NCBI RefSeq assembly: GCF_001194135.2
Contig: NC_069004.1
Span: 19,842,773-19,906,772, forward strand
Length of the DNA stretch: 64,000 nt
Origin: Octopus bimaculoides
Lineage: Eukaryota
Reading direction: 5' to 3'
Below the pieces are notes generated by a model. That model had not been told where the DNA came from. It ran no database searches and worked only from the letters and a program-made list of their open reading frames with translations. The position numbers were made by a program, and so were the translations under genes. Each line of letters begins with the position of its first letter. Positions within the stretch are counted from its first letter, which is position 1. Shown here in pieces: positions 51,880 through 62,284 of this stretch.

Positions 51880-54800
51880 ATGTCAGCTTTGGTATTTCTT
51901 ATTTGGAAGTCCAGTGGTGATGGAAAGGTGGCAAAGTATGCAGACCTGATGGGTTGGAAGCATATCGTCAGCGACCTGCATGCAGGCGGCCCATGCTAGA
52001 TATAAAGTTGTCTTCTTGTCACTCAAGACAGTGATAGGATTCGGTTGCTGCATGGGTGTCTGAGCAACTCCATTTGGAGAGGGCACTGTTCACCCGGAGG
52101 CCGATGAGGTTCTAGAAAAGGTGAACCAAAAACTGCCTGTCTTTCTATATCTGGTTAGTTTAGTGCAACTAACAGATGCCCACCCTGCGCTTGAAAAACA
52201 AAGAGACATTTTTTTTACAAAATCTGGATGGAACTTGAACATATCATGCTGGAATGTGCACACTCTGTTGGATAACAAGAGTGATTGTACGCCTCAAAGA
52301 CACACTGCTCGCAAGCCGAACCTTTCAGAGACTCGTATAGGTGATGGTCAGCTTGAGGAAGTAGAAGGCGGATACACATTTTTTCGGAAGAGGAGACTGA
52401 AGGAGGAGTGCAGAGAAGTTGGCGTTGGCTTTGTAGTTCGATCTGATAGCCTTAAGAAGTTGGAGGAGCTTCCTGTTCCTATAAATTAACATCTAGTGAC
52501 TCTATGATTGCACCTGAAAGGTAGACAGTTTGCTACTCTAATAAGTGCCTATGCACCTTTAACTAGTTGTGATGAAGATAAAACTATTTTTTTAAACCCA
52601 GCTGAGAGCCATACTTAGGAAAATCCCCAATTCTGATGAAGTCATTTTACTGGGGGATGTCAATGCCAGGGTTGGGACAAACTGGAAAACATGGAACTCT
52701 CTAGGACGTTTTGGTGTAGGGAAAATGAATAGCAATGGTCTCATGCTGCTGGATCTTTGCGATGAACATGGTGTTTACATCGAAAGCACTCATTTTATGC
52801 ACAAAGGTGACCACACAACAATGTGGATGCATCCAAGATCTAAAGATTATGTCATCATCCGCAAACATCACATCTATGACATTTATAGTGTCAAGTCCTT
52901 TCACACTCTAGTGCTAGCAAAGTTCTGGATAATGATTAGAGTGAAAGAGAGAAGAGGGCTAGCTGGCATTCCTTGGCATCTGAATGTCCACAAGATATAT
53001 GATGCTGTGTTGAGGAAAGCGCTTCAGACTCGCTTGTCCAGCATTGAAAATACTACAATATAGGAAGATTTTTGAGACCAGGTTCTTAAATGTGCTGCTG
53101 AAACCCTGGGATATGCTACTGCCAGACACAGAAACTGGTTTGATGAAAATGATGCTGAAGTTCAGTGACTATTGGTTGTAAAGCCCACAATGTATTGCTG
53201 CACAGAGGACTTTCAGCTGTGCAACAAAATCTAGCACTATAGTAGTGTAAAATCACTACTGCAGCAATCTCTCAGGAAAATGCAGAACATTTGGTGGGAG
53301 GATGTTGCTCGTGATGTTCAGGTTGCTGCTGATGCAAATGACAGCAAGAAGCTTTACCATCTTATGAAGCAAGTTTATGGGCCTAAGAGCTCTGCATCAG
53401 CTCCTTTGCATTCCAAGGAGTCTTCTACTCTATTTATTAAATCAATAGAAATTACAGGTCTCTGAACTCCTGAACCATGAGTCAGTTGTGGATGAAATAG
53501 TGATTGATACTATACAACAAAGACTTATCATTGGCTCCTTAAATTCCATGCCATCAATAGACAGCAATAAGTATTTACATTATTTGCATTATTTACATTA
53601 TTTACATTCAACAGATATTTGTCCTCATCTTGTATGCTGTTAACACTTCTTCAGGTGTCTTGGGGAAATTTCGAACCTGGGTTCTCATTCCTAGGGTATA
53701 TTTTTCGATGTTATTATTGTTACTATTATTATTATTATTCTTGTTCAGGTCACTGCTTGGAATCGAACTCGGAATCTTGGGATGGGATGGAGGCTTGGGT
53801 CAATGTTGGTGGTGGCATGGCAGGACCCATTCCTGTAGAGAATGGTGTCAAGCAGGGTGACATGCTTGCCCCAAATCTCTTTTCTTTGTACTTTGCTGCT
53901 GCTTTTACTCATGCTTTTGCTAAGGTTAGCTCTCTGGGAATATATGTCAGGTATCAATCTTCTGGCCACCTCTTTAATCTGCACCAATTTGCTGCCAAAT
54001 CAAAAGTTTTCCAGTCTATTATTCGTGACCTCCTTTATGCAGATGACTGTGACTTAGTCACTCATACAGTGGATGACATGCAAATACTTATGGATTGTAT
54101 TTCTGCTTCTTATAAGGCATTTGGACTCAGCATTAGCCTGGACAAGACTGTTGTAATGTTCCAGCCTGCATCAGGAAATCCATATGTGAAACCAGCCATC
54201 TTGGTTGAAGTAACAATTCTGAAGGTAGTAGACAAGTTTGTCTACCTGGGCAGCACACTCAGCCGTTCTTGCTCCCTGGATGAGGAAATATCTTTCAGGT
54301 TGCAGAGAGCAACTAATTCCTTCCGGTCTCTTCAGTCTCGTGTCTGGTCCCAGCATGGCATCACAAGGCAAACAAAAATTGCTGTGTACCGTGCATGTGT
54401 ACTGACATCGGTCCTTTACTCTTGTGAGACATGGACCCTTTACAAACGTCATGTAAAGGTCTTTAAATACTTTTGTAGGATACGACCGTGCAAACCAAAG
54501 GAAATGGCGATGAACGGGAGAGACTCCTTTAAACGCGTTGCACGGTCGAACACAAAACATGTAATATAACATATGAAGGGCTCACATATGTGAGATGCGA
54601 GCAAGTGCCAGTAAAGGAAAGAGAGAGTGACAGAGATAACCATTAGATATATATAGAGAGTAGGTTTATTAGCATAGTGAACAGTGTGTCTGTGTGTGTG
54701 CATGTATGCGGCAATATAAACAATACAATGTGTAAGACAGACCGTCGTATAAAGAATATGTATACAACAATGTGTGTGTGTGAGAATACAAGTAACACAA

Positions 54801-55610
54801 TACATAAGACAGGCCTTCGTGTACAAGAGTGTGTATACAACAATATGTGTGTGCGTGTGACTGAGAAATACAGAGTATAGAATAAGTGTCTGTAACAATG
54901 ACTATAAGAGTCCTAAACACAAGATAGAGAAATACCAGTTCATAGAAGAGTTACACATGGGATTGAATGTCTGTACAAGAAGTTGTAGCCGAAGAGCAGA
55001 GCTGTGGTGTCACATGTTGTGTGTGAAGTTGAGCGTTGATGCTGTGACCGGTTACTTGGTACAGAAGATTCTTGCAGGTCGTTCTGGCTGTTAACTCGAG
55101 GTGGAAACAATCCACTCAAACAGTGTTGAGATGAAACCGCATTTGCTGTTGTTGGTGTGTACTCTAGTGGTGGTGTTGCTGGCGACGACATTGTGGTAGA
55201 CAGTAGATCGGTGGTGGTGTTGGCGTCGTCGCTGGAAACTGGCTGGAGCTGTGTTCTGGTCTGCGACAAGACCTGTGAGAGGTCTGTTGTCGAGACAAAC
55301 TAGCGTGGATCAAACAGGCTTATTTATAGATGAAAAAGGACTCACCGGAAAAGCAGAAAAACTCTCTCTCATGCGACCTTATTGGAAGGCCACGATTGGA
55401 CGGTATGCACCCTGGCGCGAAACAGAACTGTTGTCAAATGCCGCGCAAATAAGAACCCATCAGGGTGATGGACACAAGGGTCCAAGCATCCGAAAGCTGA
55501 TGTTAGCCGCCACGTTATCATTTGTAATTAAATACTGGAGAGAGAGGTTTCACTACACTTTCACCAGAGTTGTCTGAGACACATTCTGAATGTTAGCTGG
55601 GCCTTGGTAG
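51880..55610 (+). mobile_element. RTE-BovB-like LINE interrupted by a SINE (about 53550-53790) and a solo LTR
   Basis: NISCWNVHTLLD (EN), GVKQGDMLAPNLF, LLYADDCDL, YSCETWTLY. The frame KYF|HQSCLRHILNVSW resumes after the LTR. Confidence 0.88.
54474..55557 (-). mobile_element. Solo LTR (Ty3/gypsy-like), 1084 bp, 4-bp TSD CTTT
   Basis: Termini TGTAG...CTACA, with CTTT at 54470-73 and 55558-61. Minus-strand TATAAATA near 55325 and AATAAA near 54665 give the orientation (inferred). Confidence 0.85.
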
Positions 55611-55614
55611 CACG

Positions 55615-56735
55615 TGTAGTGAGAGCCAGCAGTGACCTTCATGAAGCAGCGTACCAAGTGACATCGCTGTGTTTACTTTGCAAGTTATGAAATTTGTGCT
55701 TTTGGGATCATATGTATGCTGTAGTCTGTGATTTTATCATGGACAGGAACAAAGAGCCAAATTTTGCATTAAGTTTGAGAAGTCAGCTACAGAGACACTG
55801 AGCATGCTTTGGCAATGGGTCATACACAATGTTTCAAGTGACATAGGCACTTCAAAAGTGGAAGAACATCCCTGGAAGATAATGAGCAATCTGGAAGACC
55901 TGCCAACAGCGTAACCCCCAGAAGTGACCTTCATAAGGCAGTGTGCCGAGTAACATTGCTGTGTTTACTTTGCAAGTTGTGAAATTTTGTGTTTTTGTGA
56001 TTATTTGCATGCTGCAGTCTCAAATTTTTGTCATGGACAGGAAGTTGGAACAAAGAGCATTAAACTTGGGAAATCCACTACAGAGTCATTGGGCATGCTT
56101 CAGCAAGCTTATGGTGATGAAACAATAGGTCATATGCAAAGTTTCAAGTAGTATAGGCACTTCAAAAGCAGAACATGCCTGGAAGACAACGAGCAATCTG
56201 GAAGATCTTCCACCAGCATCATCCCTGAAAATGTGGAGAAAATTCATCAGCTTGTGCATGACGATCATCAGAGGAAGATCAACAATGTTTTGAAACATTT
56301 GAGGTAGGACATTCGGCAAAAGCAGCGAGATCTGTGGAGCATGAAGAATTGGATTCTTCACAATGACAATGCATCCTGTCACCGAGCTCTTCTCACTCAC
56401 AAGTTTCTCGCCAAAAATAATGTGGTATTGCCTCTGCACCTACCCTATTCATCATATTCAGCACCTGTAGACTTCCATCTCTTCCCCAAGATGAAAATGC
56501 AGCTCAAAGATCACCGTTTTAACACCATTGTTGAGATCCAGAGTGAATCGTAGAAGGTCCTCAACTTGCATACAGAAAATGACTTCCATGCCAGATTCCA
56601 AAAGTGGCAGGAATGCTGGGATCAGTGTATTGCTGCACAAGGTAACTATTTCAAAGGAGACGATGTTAAAACTTAGGTGGATAAGTTACTTTTTTATTAA
56701 ACAACAAGTTCAGGAACATTTTGACAGCACCTCGT
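55615..56735 (+). mobile_element. Mariner with tandemly duplicated 5' part and internal deletion
   Basis: gtgaccttcat...KSATETL block repeated at about 55631 and 55923. ORF 56341-56553 WILHNDNASCH...PYSSYSAPVDFHLF. Right TIR gaacattttgacagcacctcgta. Confidence 0.8.
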
Positions 56736-56930
56736 ATGTATGTATACATGCATGAATGCATGTATATATGTAAAAATTTATAAAGCAAGAAGATGGAATG
56801 AACAAGCTTTAATTACAAAGCACAATAATTGTTTCTGCTGTTAGTTGTCGAGTTTTCCATATCATACTATTACATAAATTATTCTATAAGTGATTATATA
56901 AAAAAATATGATACAACAGCAACTGTGTAC

Positions 56931-57035
56931 CTGAACATCATCAGTGAGTGGCTTTGATAGCAATGCTGAATTGTGTTCAGTTTCCCATCATTTTCTAAGC
57001 CTTTGCATAACTAGCATTTTCTCTTTACTAAGCAG
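56931..57035 (-). pseudogene. CEP63/DEUP1-like exon (LLSKEKMLVMQRLRK*WETEHNSALLSKPLTDDVQ)
   Basis: ataag| acceptor and CAG|gtacac donor, 105 nt, phase 0-0. Resembles CEP63 [20 protein letters not shown]. Contains an internal TGA. Confidence 0.55.
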
Positions 57036-57519
57036 CTTATAGATTCAAGGTGACATAAGTTATAAAAATACCAATGGCAATAAAAAATAAAAATGAATTA
57101 CAAAACAAATAGACCACAATTAGTTAATGGAAATAAAAATCAAAAGTATAAATATAAATAAAAAACAACATTCTATTTTTGTTTATTCTATTGTAAGTTT
57201 TTATATCAGGATATAGACTAGAAGTATCCATTATCTTTATTGTCTGTAACTGTTTTTCATCAAATGAACCATGACCATCACTTGTCTGCCAGTTCACTCA
57301 TAAAACTTAATTTCAGGTATCCTGGTATCCATGATAGTCGTTTAATAGTCATTAAGATTCTTATTATGTATGAAGAGATTTATTTGCCTACACCCATGTA
57401 CACATACATATATATGTACATTCACTCCATGTATACATAGAAATATTTATATATAAATAGAAACACAAACGCAACCATATGGACATATATATATTTATAT
57501 ATATATATATATATCTATT

Positions 57520-58020
57520 GACACAAGTGAAATCATTGTCGTGGCCAATGACAGTACCTCCTGATTGGCACCTGTGCCAGTGGAAATGTTAAAAGCACCA
57601 TTCGAGCGTGATCGTTCCCAGGGCCATTGACTGGCTCCCTTGCCGATGGCATGTAAAAAGCAACATTCGAGTGTTGCCAGTGTCACCTGACTGGCTTCTG
57701 TGCCAGTGACATGTAAAAAACACCATTTGAGCGTGGTCGTTGCCAGTACCACCAGACTGGCTCCTGTGCAGGTGGCCTGTAAAAAGCACCATTTGAGCAT
57801 GGCTGATACCAGTACTGCCTGACTGGCCCTCATACCGGTGGCATGTAAAAGCACCCACTACACTCTCTATGAGTGGTTGGTGTTAGGAAGGGCATCCAGC
57901 TGTAGAAACTTTGCTAGATCAGATTGGAGCCTGGTGCAGCCTTCTGGCTTGCCAGCCCTCAGTCAAACTGTCCAACCCATGCCAGCATGGAAAGCGGACG
58001 TTAAATTACAACAATGATGA
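57520..58020 (+). repeat. Five 60-66-bp tandem subunits followed by the shared RTE-type tail
   Basis: Unit ctggc...catgtaaaaagcaccattygagc...gccag repeated five times, then ggttggtgttaggaagggcatcc. Confidence 0.8.
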
Positions 58021-58023
58021 TAT

Positions 58024-58091
<68 letters not shown>

Positions 58092-58094
<3 letters not shown>

Positions 58095-61000
58095 CATTGC
58101 GTCGTTTTTGGGAATTTCTGCTACCCTGTTATGTAAGTTTGTCTTTGGCTTGTTACCTGTTTTATATCATTTTGTTAATTTGTGAATCGAATTGTTGTCC
58201 GTTGTAGGACAGTAATTTTCACCCTACAGGGTAGAAATTATATTGCGGAACACTGTTTAAAAAATATTTTGCGAATTATTTGTGAAATATTATTTTTTTA
58301 CCTGTTGACGGGTTGTGAATTTTCTGTTAATTTGTCATTTTTGGCAAAGTTTTTTTTAAAAATAAAACTGTCATGGAATTCAACATTGAATCCAACCAAG
58401 ACTTTCCCAAGATGGGAAAAGTAAATGAAAGTCAAAATGCAAGTTCAAACAATATACAAAAGGAAAAGGCAAAGCAAAGCTTTTCAGATGCGGCGGGCAG
58501 CAACGTCACTGAACTAGAAGCTAAAATGGAACAACTATTAAAGTTTCACAATTTGATTAAAAAGAGTGACGACCATATAAGACTGTTGCCGCCCCCTGAA
58601 ACACTACAGCCAATAAATGCATATACTGTAGTGTATAAAATATATAACATGAAAGAGAAGGGGATCATGGAGGCAAAAAAGGAGATAGTAGAGAGGTGCT
58701 TGGCACCCATATGGAATTTAATATGCTACGTTAGCCATGGAACGAGAAGCGCGACTGTTGAGGCACAGTTCCAAACGGCTGATGTAGCTAAGGAAGTCTC
58801 AACTAAGACCCTCAAGAATGCTACCCACATACTTGGGCTGCAGAACAGCAAAAGTAACAATAGATAAAATACTGGCAGGCTATGAAGTTATGTGGGTAGC
58901 AGCAGCCGTAATATATGACGTCGAAGAAGCCATAACAATTTTGAAAATGACAAAGAAGGAGGTGGTAAACTGGAAAGGCTAAAGTTTAGAAATGGTCATA
59001 CAGGCCTCAAATGAGACCCTTGGAAAATTTGCGAGATAGGGTGTTTGTAGGGGAGGGGCAAACCATAAGAGTAGCCATTGAGGGAGGTAGGACTCGTTGC
59101 TCCAAATGTGGAGAAAAGGGCCACATCCGCTCGATGTGCACCAAAAAGAAAGTCAACGAAGTCCCTCCTCAAAAAGTTGAAAAGAAAACAGAGAAGAAAA
59201 CTAATGAGGATACAGAGAAGCCACAGAAACCAAAGACTACTTCAGAAGGAAAAGCAATGGAAGAAACGAAAGAAATAAATGGGGCAATGGCCAACACCTC
59301 TATTACCTCCGCAAGTGTAATCGGTCCTTCACAGCATTTCACCTCACATGCCGAGAGTCTTACACGGATCACAAATATGTGACGTGTGAGATACATATAG
59401 ATGTCATAGACAGGGACCCGGGTGCTGGAAGATGAACAAGTCTATTTTGACTTGTCAAGCCTTCTGTGCCTGGATTAAGGAAATAGTACAGAGGGCATTA
59501 TGTGGCGCCATCATTAACAATAGATGGTAGCACGCCCTCAAGAGAGCCATCCGTTTAGAATCTTTTAGATTTAGCAACCAGCTAAGTTTAGATAGATCTA
59601 GAATAGAAAGGGAACTAGTCAAGAATTTAGATGAGGCTTTGGAATCTGTCTCTGCAGACAGAGTGCTGGCAGCGAGAACGGTCCTGTACTGTCACCTCAG
59701 AGCCAAACATGAAGGCTGTAGGCTTAGAGCTAAACTATGTGCAGTGGGCCGAGAAGGTATTAACATTGCTGGATGGGCCCATCGTGTGGAGTGTCAGAAG
59801 GGCAAAAAGTCTTTAACTGACGAGCAAGGGCACAAGATCTATGAACAGGAAAAGCTGCAGAAAGCCTTTCACCAGCATTTCACCCAGGTGTTTGGGCAGG
59901 GTGGCGAGCTTGAGTGTAGGGAGGCCCTAAAGGGCTTCCTTGCTGGTGGGCTGCGACTCTCGGCACGTGAGGTGAAATGCTGTGAAGGACTGATTACACT
60001 TGCGGAGGTAATAGAGGTGTTGGCCGAGTGTGCCGGGGACAAATCACTGGGGCTGGATGGTCTGCCCTGTGAGTTTTATCGTAGCATGCTGGCAGGCGTC
60101 TACGCAAACTGGCAACAGAATGGGAGGATTCCCAACTCTGTGAGTCGGGGAGTGGTGATGCTGATCCAGAAGGACCCGAGCAAGGGGGGACAGTATAAGT
60201 AATTACAGGCCCATAACTCTACTCAATGTAGAGTTAACGATTTTGGCCAAGGTGTTAGCAAAAAGGTTGACGTATGTCGTGGAGAAGCTTGTAGGGAAGG
60301 TGCAAACATGCGCCATTCGGGGCAGGTTGATCCAGGACAATCTTCACCTTATATGCTACACCTTAGACAGGGTGGGTAAATTAACTGGCAAAGGTGGGGC
60401 AACGGTCCATTTAGACCAGAGTAAAGCGTTTGATAGGGTAGACCACCAATACCTGGCAGTGGTTCTCGAAGTGGCTGGGCTGGGACCGGACTTCTGTAGG
60501 TGAATCTCTGCAATGTATAGCGGCATCCAATCCACTGTTCAGGTAAACAGCTACCTGTCGGAGCCATTTTTGATCATGTACTCAGTTCATCAAGGGTGTC
60601 CCGTCCCCGCTTCTGTACATTTTGGCTCTTGAGCCCTTACTGAGGAAGTTGGGGAATTTGGGACACACCCCCAATGAAATTGGATGTGGCAAGTCAGTCT
60701 CTGCTTATGCGGATGACATCACCATCATCGTGTCCAATGAGGCTCAGCTACCTTGTGTAGAGGACACCATCAATGGGTACGAGGCGGTGGCAGGAGCAAA
60801 GGTTAACAAGGACAAGTCCATTGGCTTGTGCCTCAGCACCTGGAGGAGCAAGCCGGTATCATCCAGTGTCGTGGGTCACTGGACAGATGGTCCTGTTAAG
60901 TTGCTTGGAGTTTGGTTTGGACCAGACTCCCAAACGGAGAAGAATTGGAGCAAGGTGGCAGACAGGGTGGAAGCTCTAGTTCGGACCTGGTCTGGACAGG

Positions 61001-62275
61001 CTCTATCCCTGAAAGGAAGGGCGGAAGTGGTACAGGTGTTTATTGCATCTGTAATCACCTACTGCCTAACCGTTGTCCCTTGTCCCGACTTGTGGCTAAA
61101 CAAGTTGGAGCACTTCCTTTTCTGCTTATTGTGGAAGGGAGGAAAGCCACTTGTAAGGTGCTCTGTCTGCTGCCAGGAACCGCTAAAGGGTGGGTTAGGG
61201 ATGCCCTGGCCTATGATGCGCAAACATGCATTGAGGTCGAGACATCTCTGGCACTACTTGGAGGGTGACAAGGTGTGGAATCCACTTGTAGAGGAATTCT
61301 TTCCATGACCAGCCTCTTTGGAGAGATTTAAACCCGGTTTTATTAAAAGACGCAATCTGACAGAATAGCAAAAGGAGTGTTGACAGGCACTCATGCTGAT
61401 CCACAAGACAGGCAAGGCCGGCAGTGGGAATACCACCTTGGTTTTGTATAGAGGGCTGGTAGAGTTTAAAAATGATGATGTCCTAGGTGGGGCTCTGGGG
61501 TTCAATGAGTACCAACTTACCAACCTGTTCCGAAAGACTTTCAGGCCAAGGTATTTGGATAATTATCAAAAATCCCTGACCTGGCAGTGCTACAGGAACG
61601 CTTTACCTGTTTGCGATAAGTTATCCAGGCATGGAATGTCAGTGTCACCAGCATGTCCAAGATGTAGGCTGGATGATGAAACCGTCCAGCACACTTTTGT
61701 ACACTGCTGGAAGCTTTCAGGCTTGATAATTTACGTTGAACATGTGTTGTCATACCTAGGCAGAGTACAGCTATCAGCTGTACTCTATAATAAAGATTGT
61801 GCCACCCACTGGACTCTCAAAGGAAGGTGGGGCATGTTTTCTCCTTACAGTGGCAGTGTTGAAAGTGTGTGTTTGGAAGACAAGACTGCAAGGACTCGTG
61901 ACGGGAACCTTCATCTCTGGCCCTGGATTGCTCACTTCAGATATCACCTGAAGAGCAAGATAGGGCTAGAGAGGAAACGACTGTTGCAAAGTGTGTTTGA
62001 GAAAAGATGGAAGGCTGTGGTAAGAAAGGTGGGTGCAAGTGACCCGGCTTAATCTCCATGGAGAAAGATAAAGGTGTAGTCGCTGGGCTTTTCGCTCATC
62101 AGGGTGAATCCCACCTAGCTAAAAATTATTAAAAAGAAATATATTAATTTGTATAATCATCAACATTTTAAAATTAGGTTTCATTTGAACTCACATTAAC
62201 ATTTATCTGTTTGTTCTGTCTTGTTTGTCCGTTCTGTGTTAGATAATTATTATCTTAATAAAGAAAATATCTCTA
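58092..62275 (+). mobile_element. Tx1/L1-clade LINE copy 1 (ORF1 CCHC; ORF2 with most of EN deleted, RT, C-terminal cysteine-rich region)
   Basis: TRCSKCGEKGHIRSMC, KSLGLDGLPCEFY, HLDQSKAFDRVDH, SAYADDITI, KLLGVWFG, ACPRCRLDDETVQHTFVHC, and AATAAA near 62257. Confidence 0.9.
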
Positions 62276-62284
62276 GCAGACGAG

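Larger units (their letters stand above)
25568..57035 (-). pseudogene. Disrupted spliced coiled-coil gene, CEP63/DEUP1-like (C-terminal half; 5' exons probably further along)
   Basis: Six colinear AG/GT-bounded segments; four clean phase 0-0 exons. Peptides align by eye to recalled human CEP63 motifs. Stops at 56988-90, 38622-24, 27346-48 and 25641-43, plus two +1 shifts. Confidence 0.6.

Noticed and set aside
38622-56990. In-frame TGAs read as selenocysteine
   Set aside because: Coiled-coil context with no redox motif, no SECIS identified, and coexisting TAA stop and frameshifts.
57235-57320. Possible further upstream exon of the minus gene (VNWQTSDGHGSFDEKQLQTIK|ataatg, as if a GT donor had mutated to AT)
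   Set aside because: No canonical donor, no clear acceptor and no recognisable homology.
57560-57860. Regularly spaced repeats resembling a CRISPR array (also 15939-16320 and 29006-29115)
   Set aside because: Eukaryotic context, degenerate whole-unit tandem repeats without unique spacers, and no cas genes.
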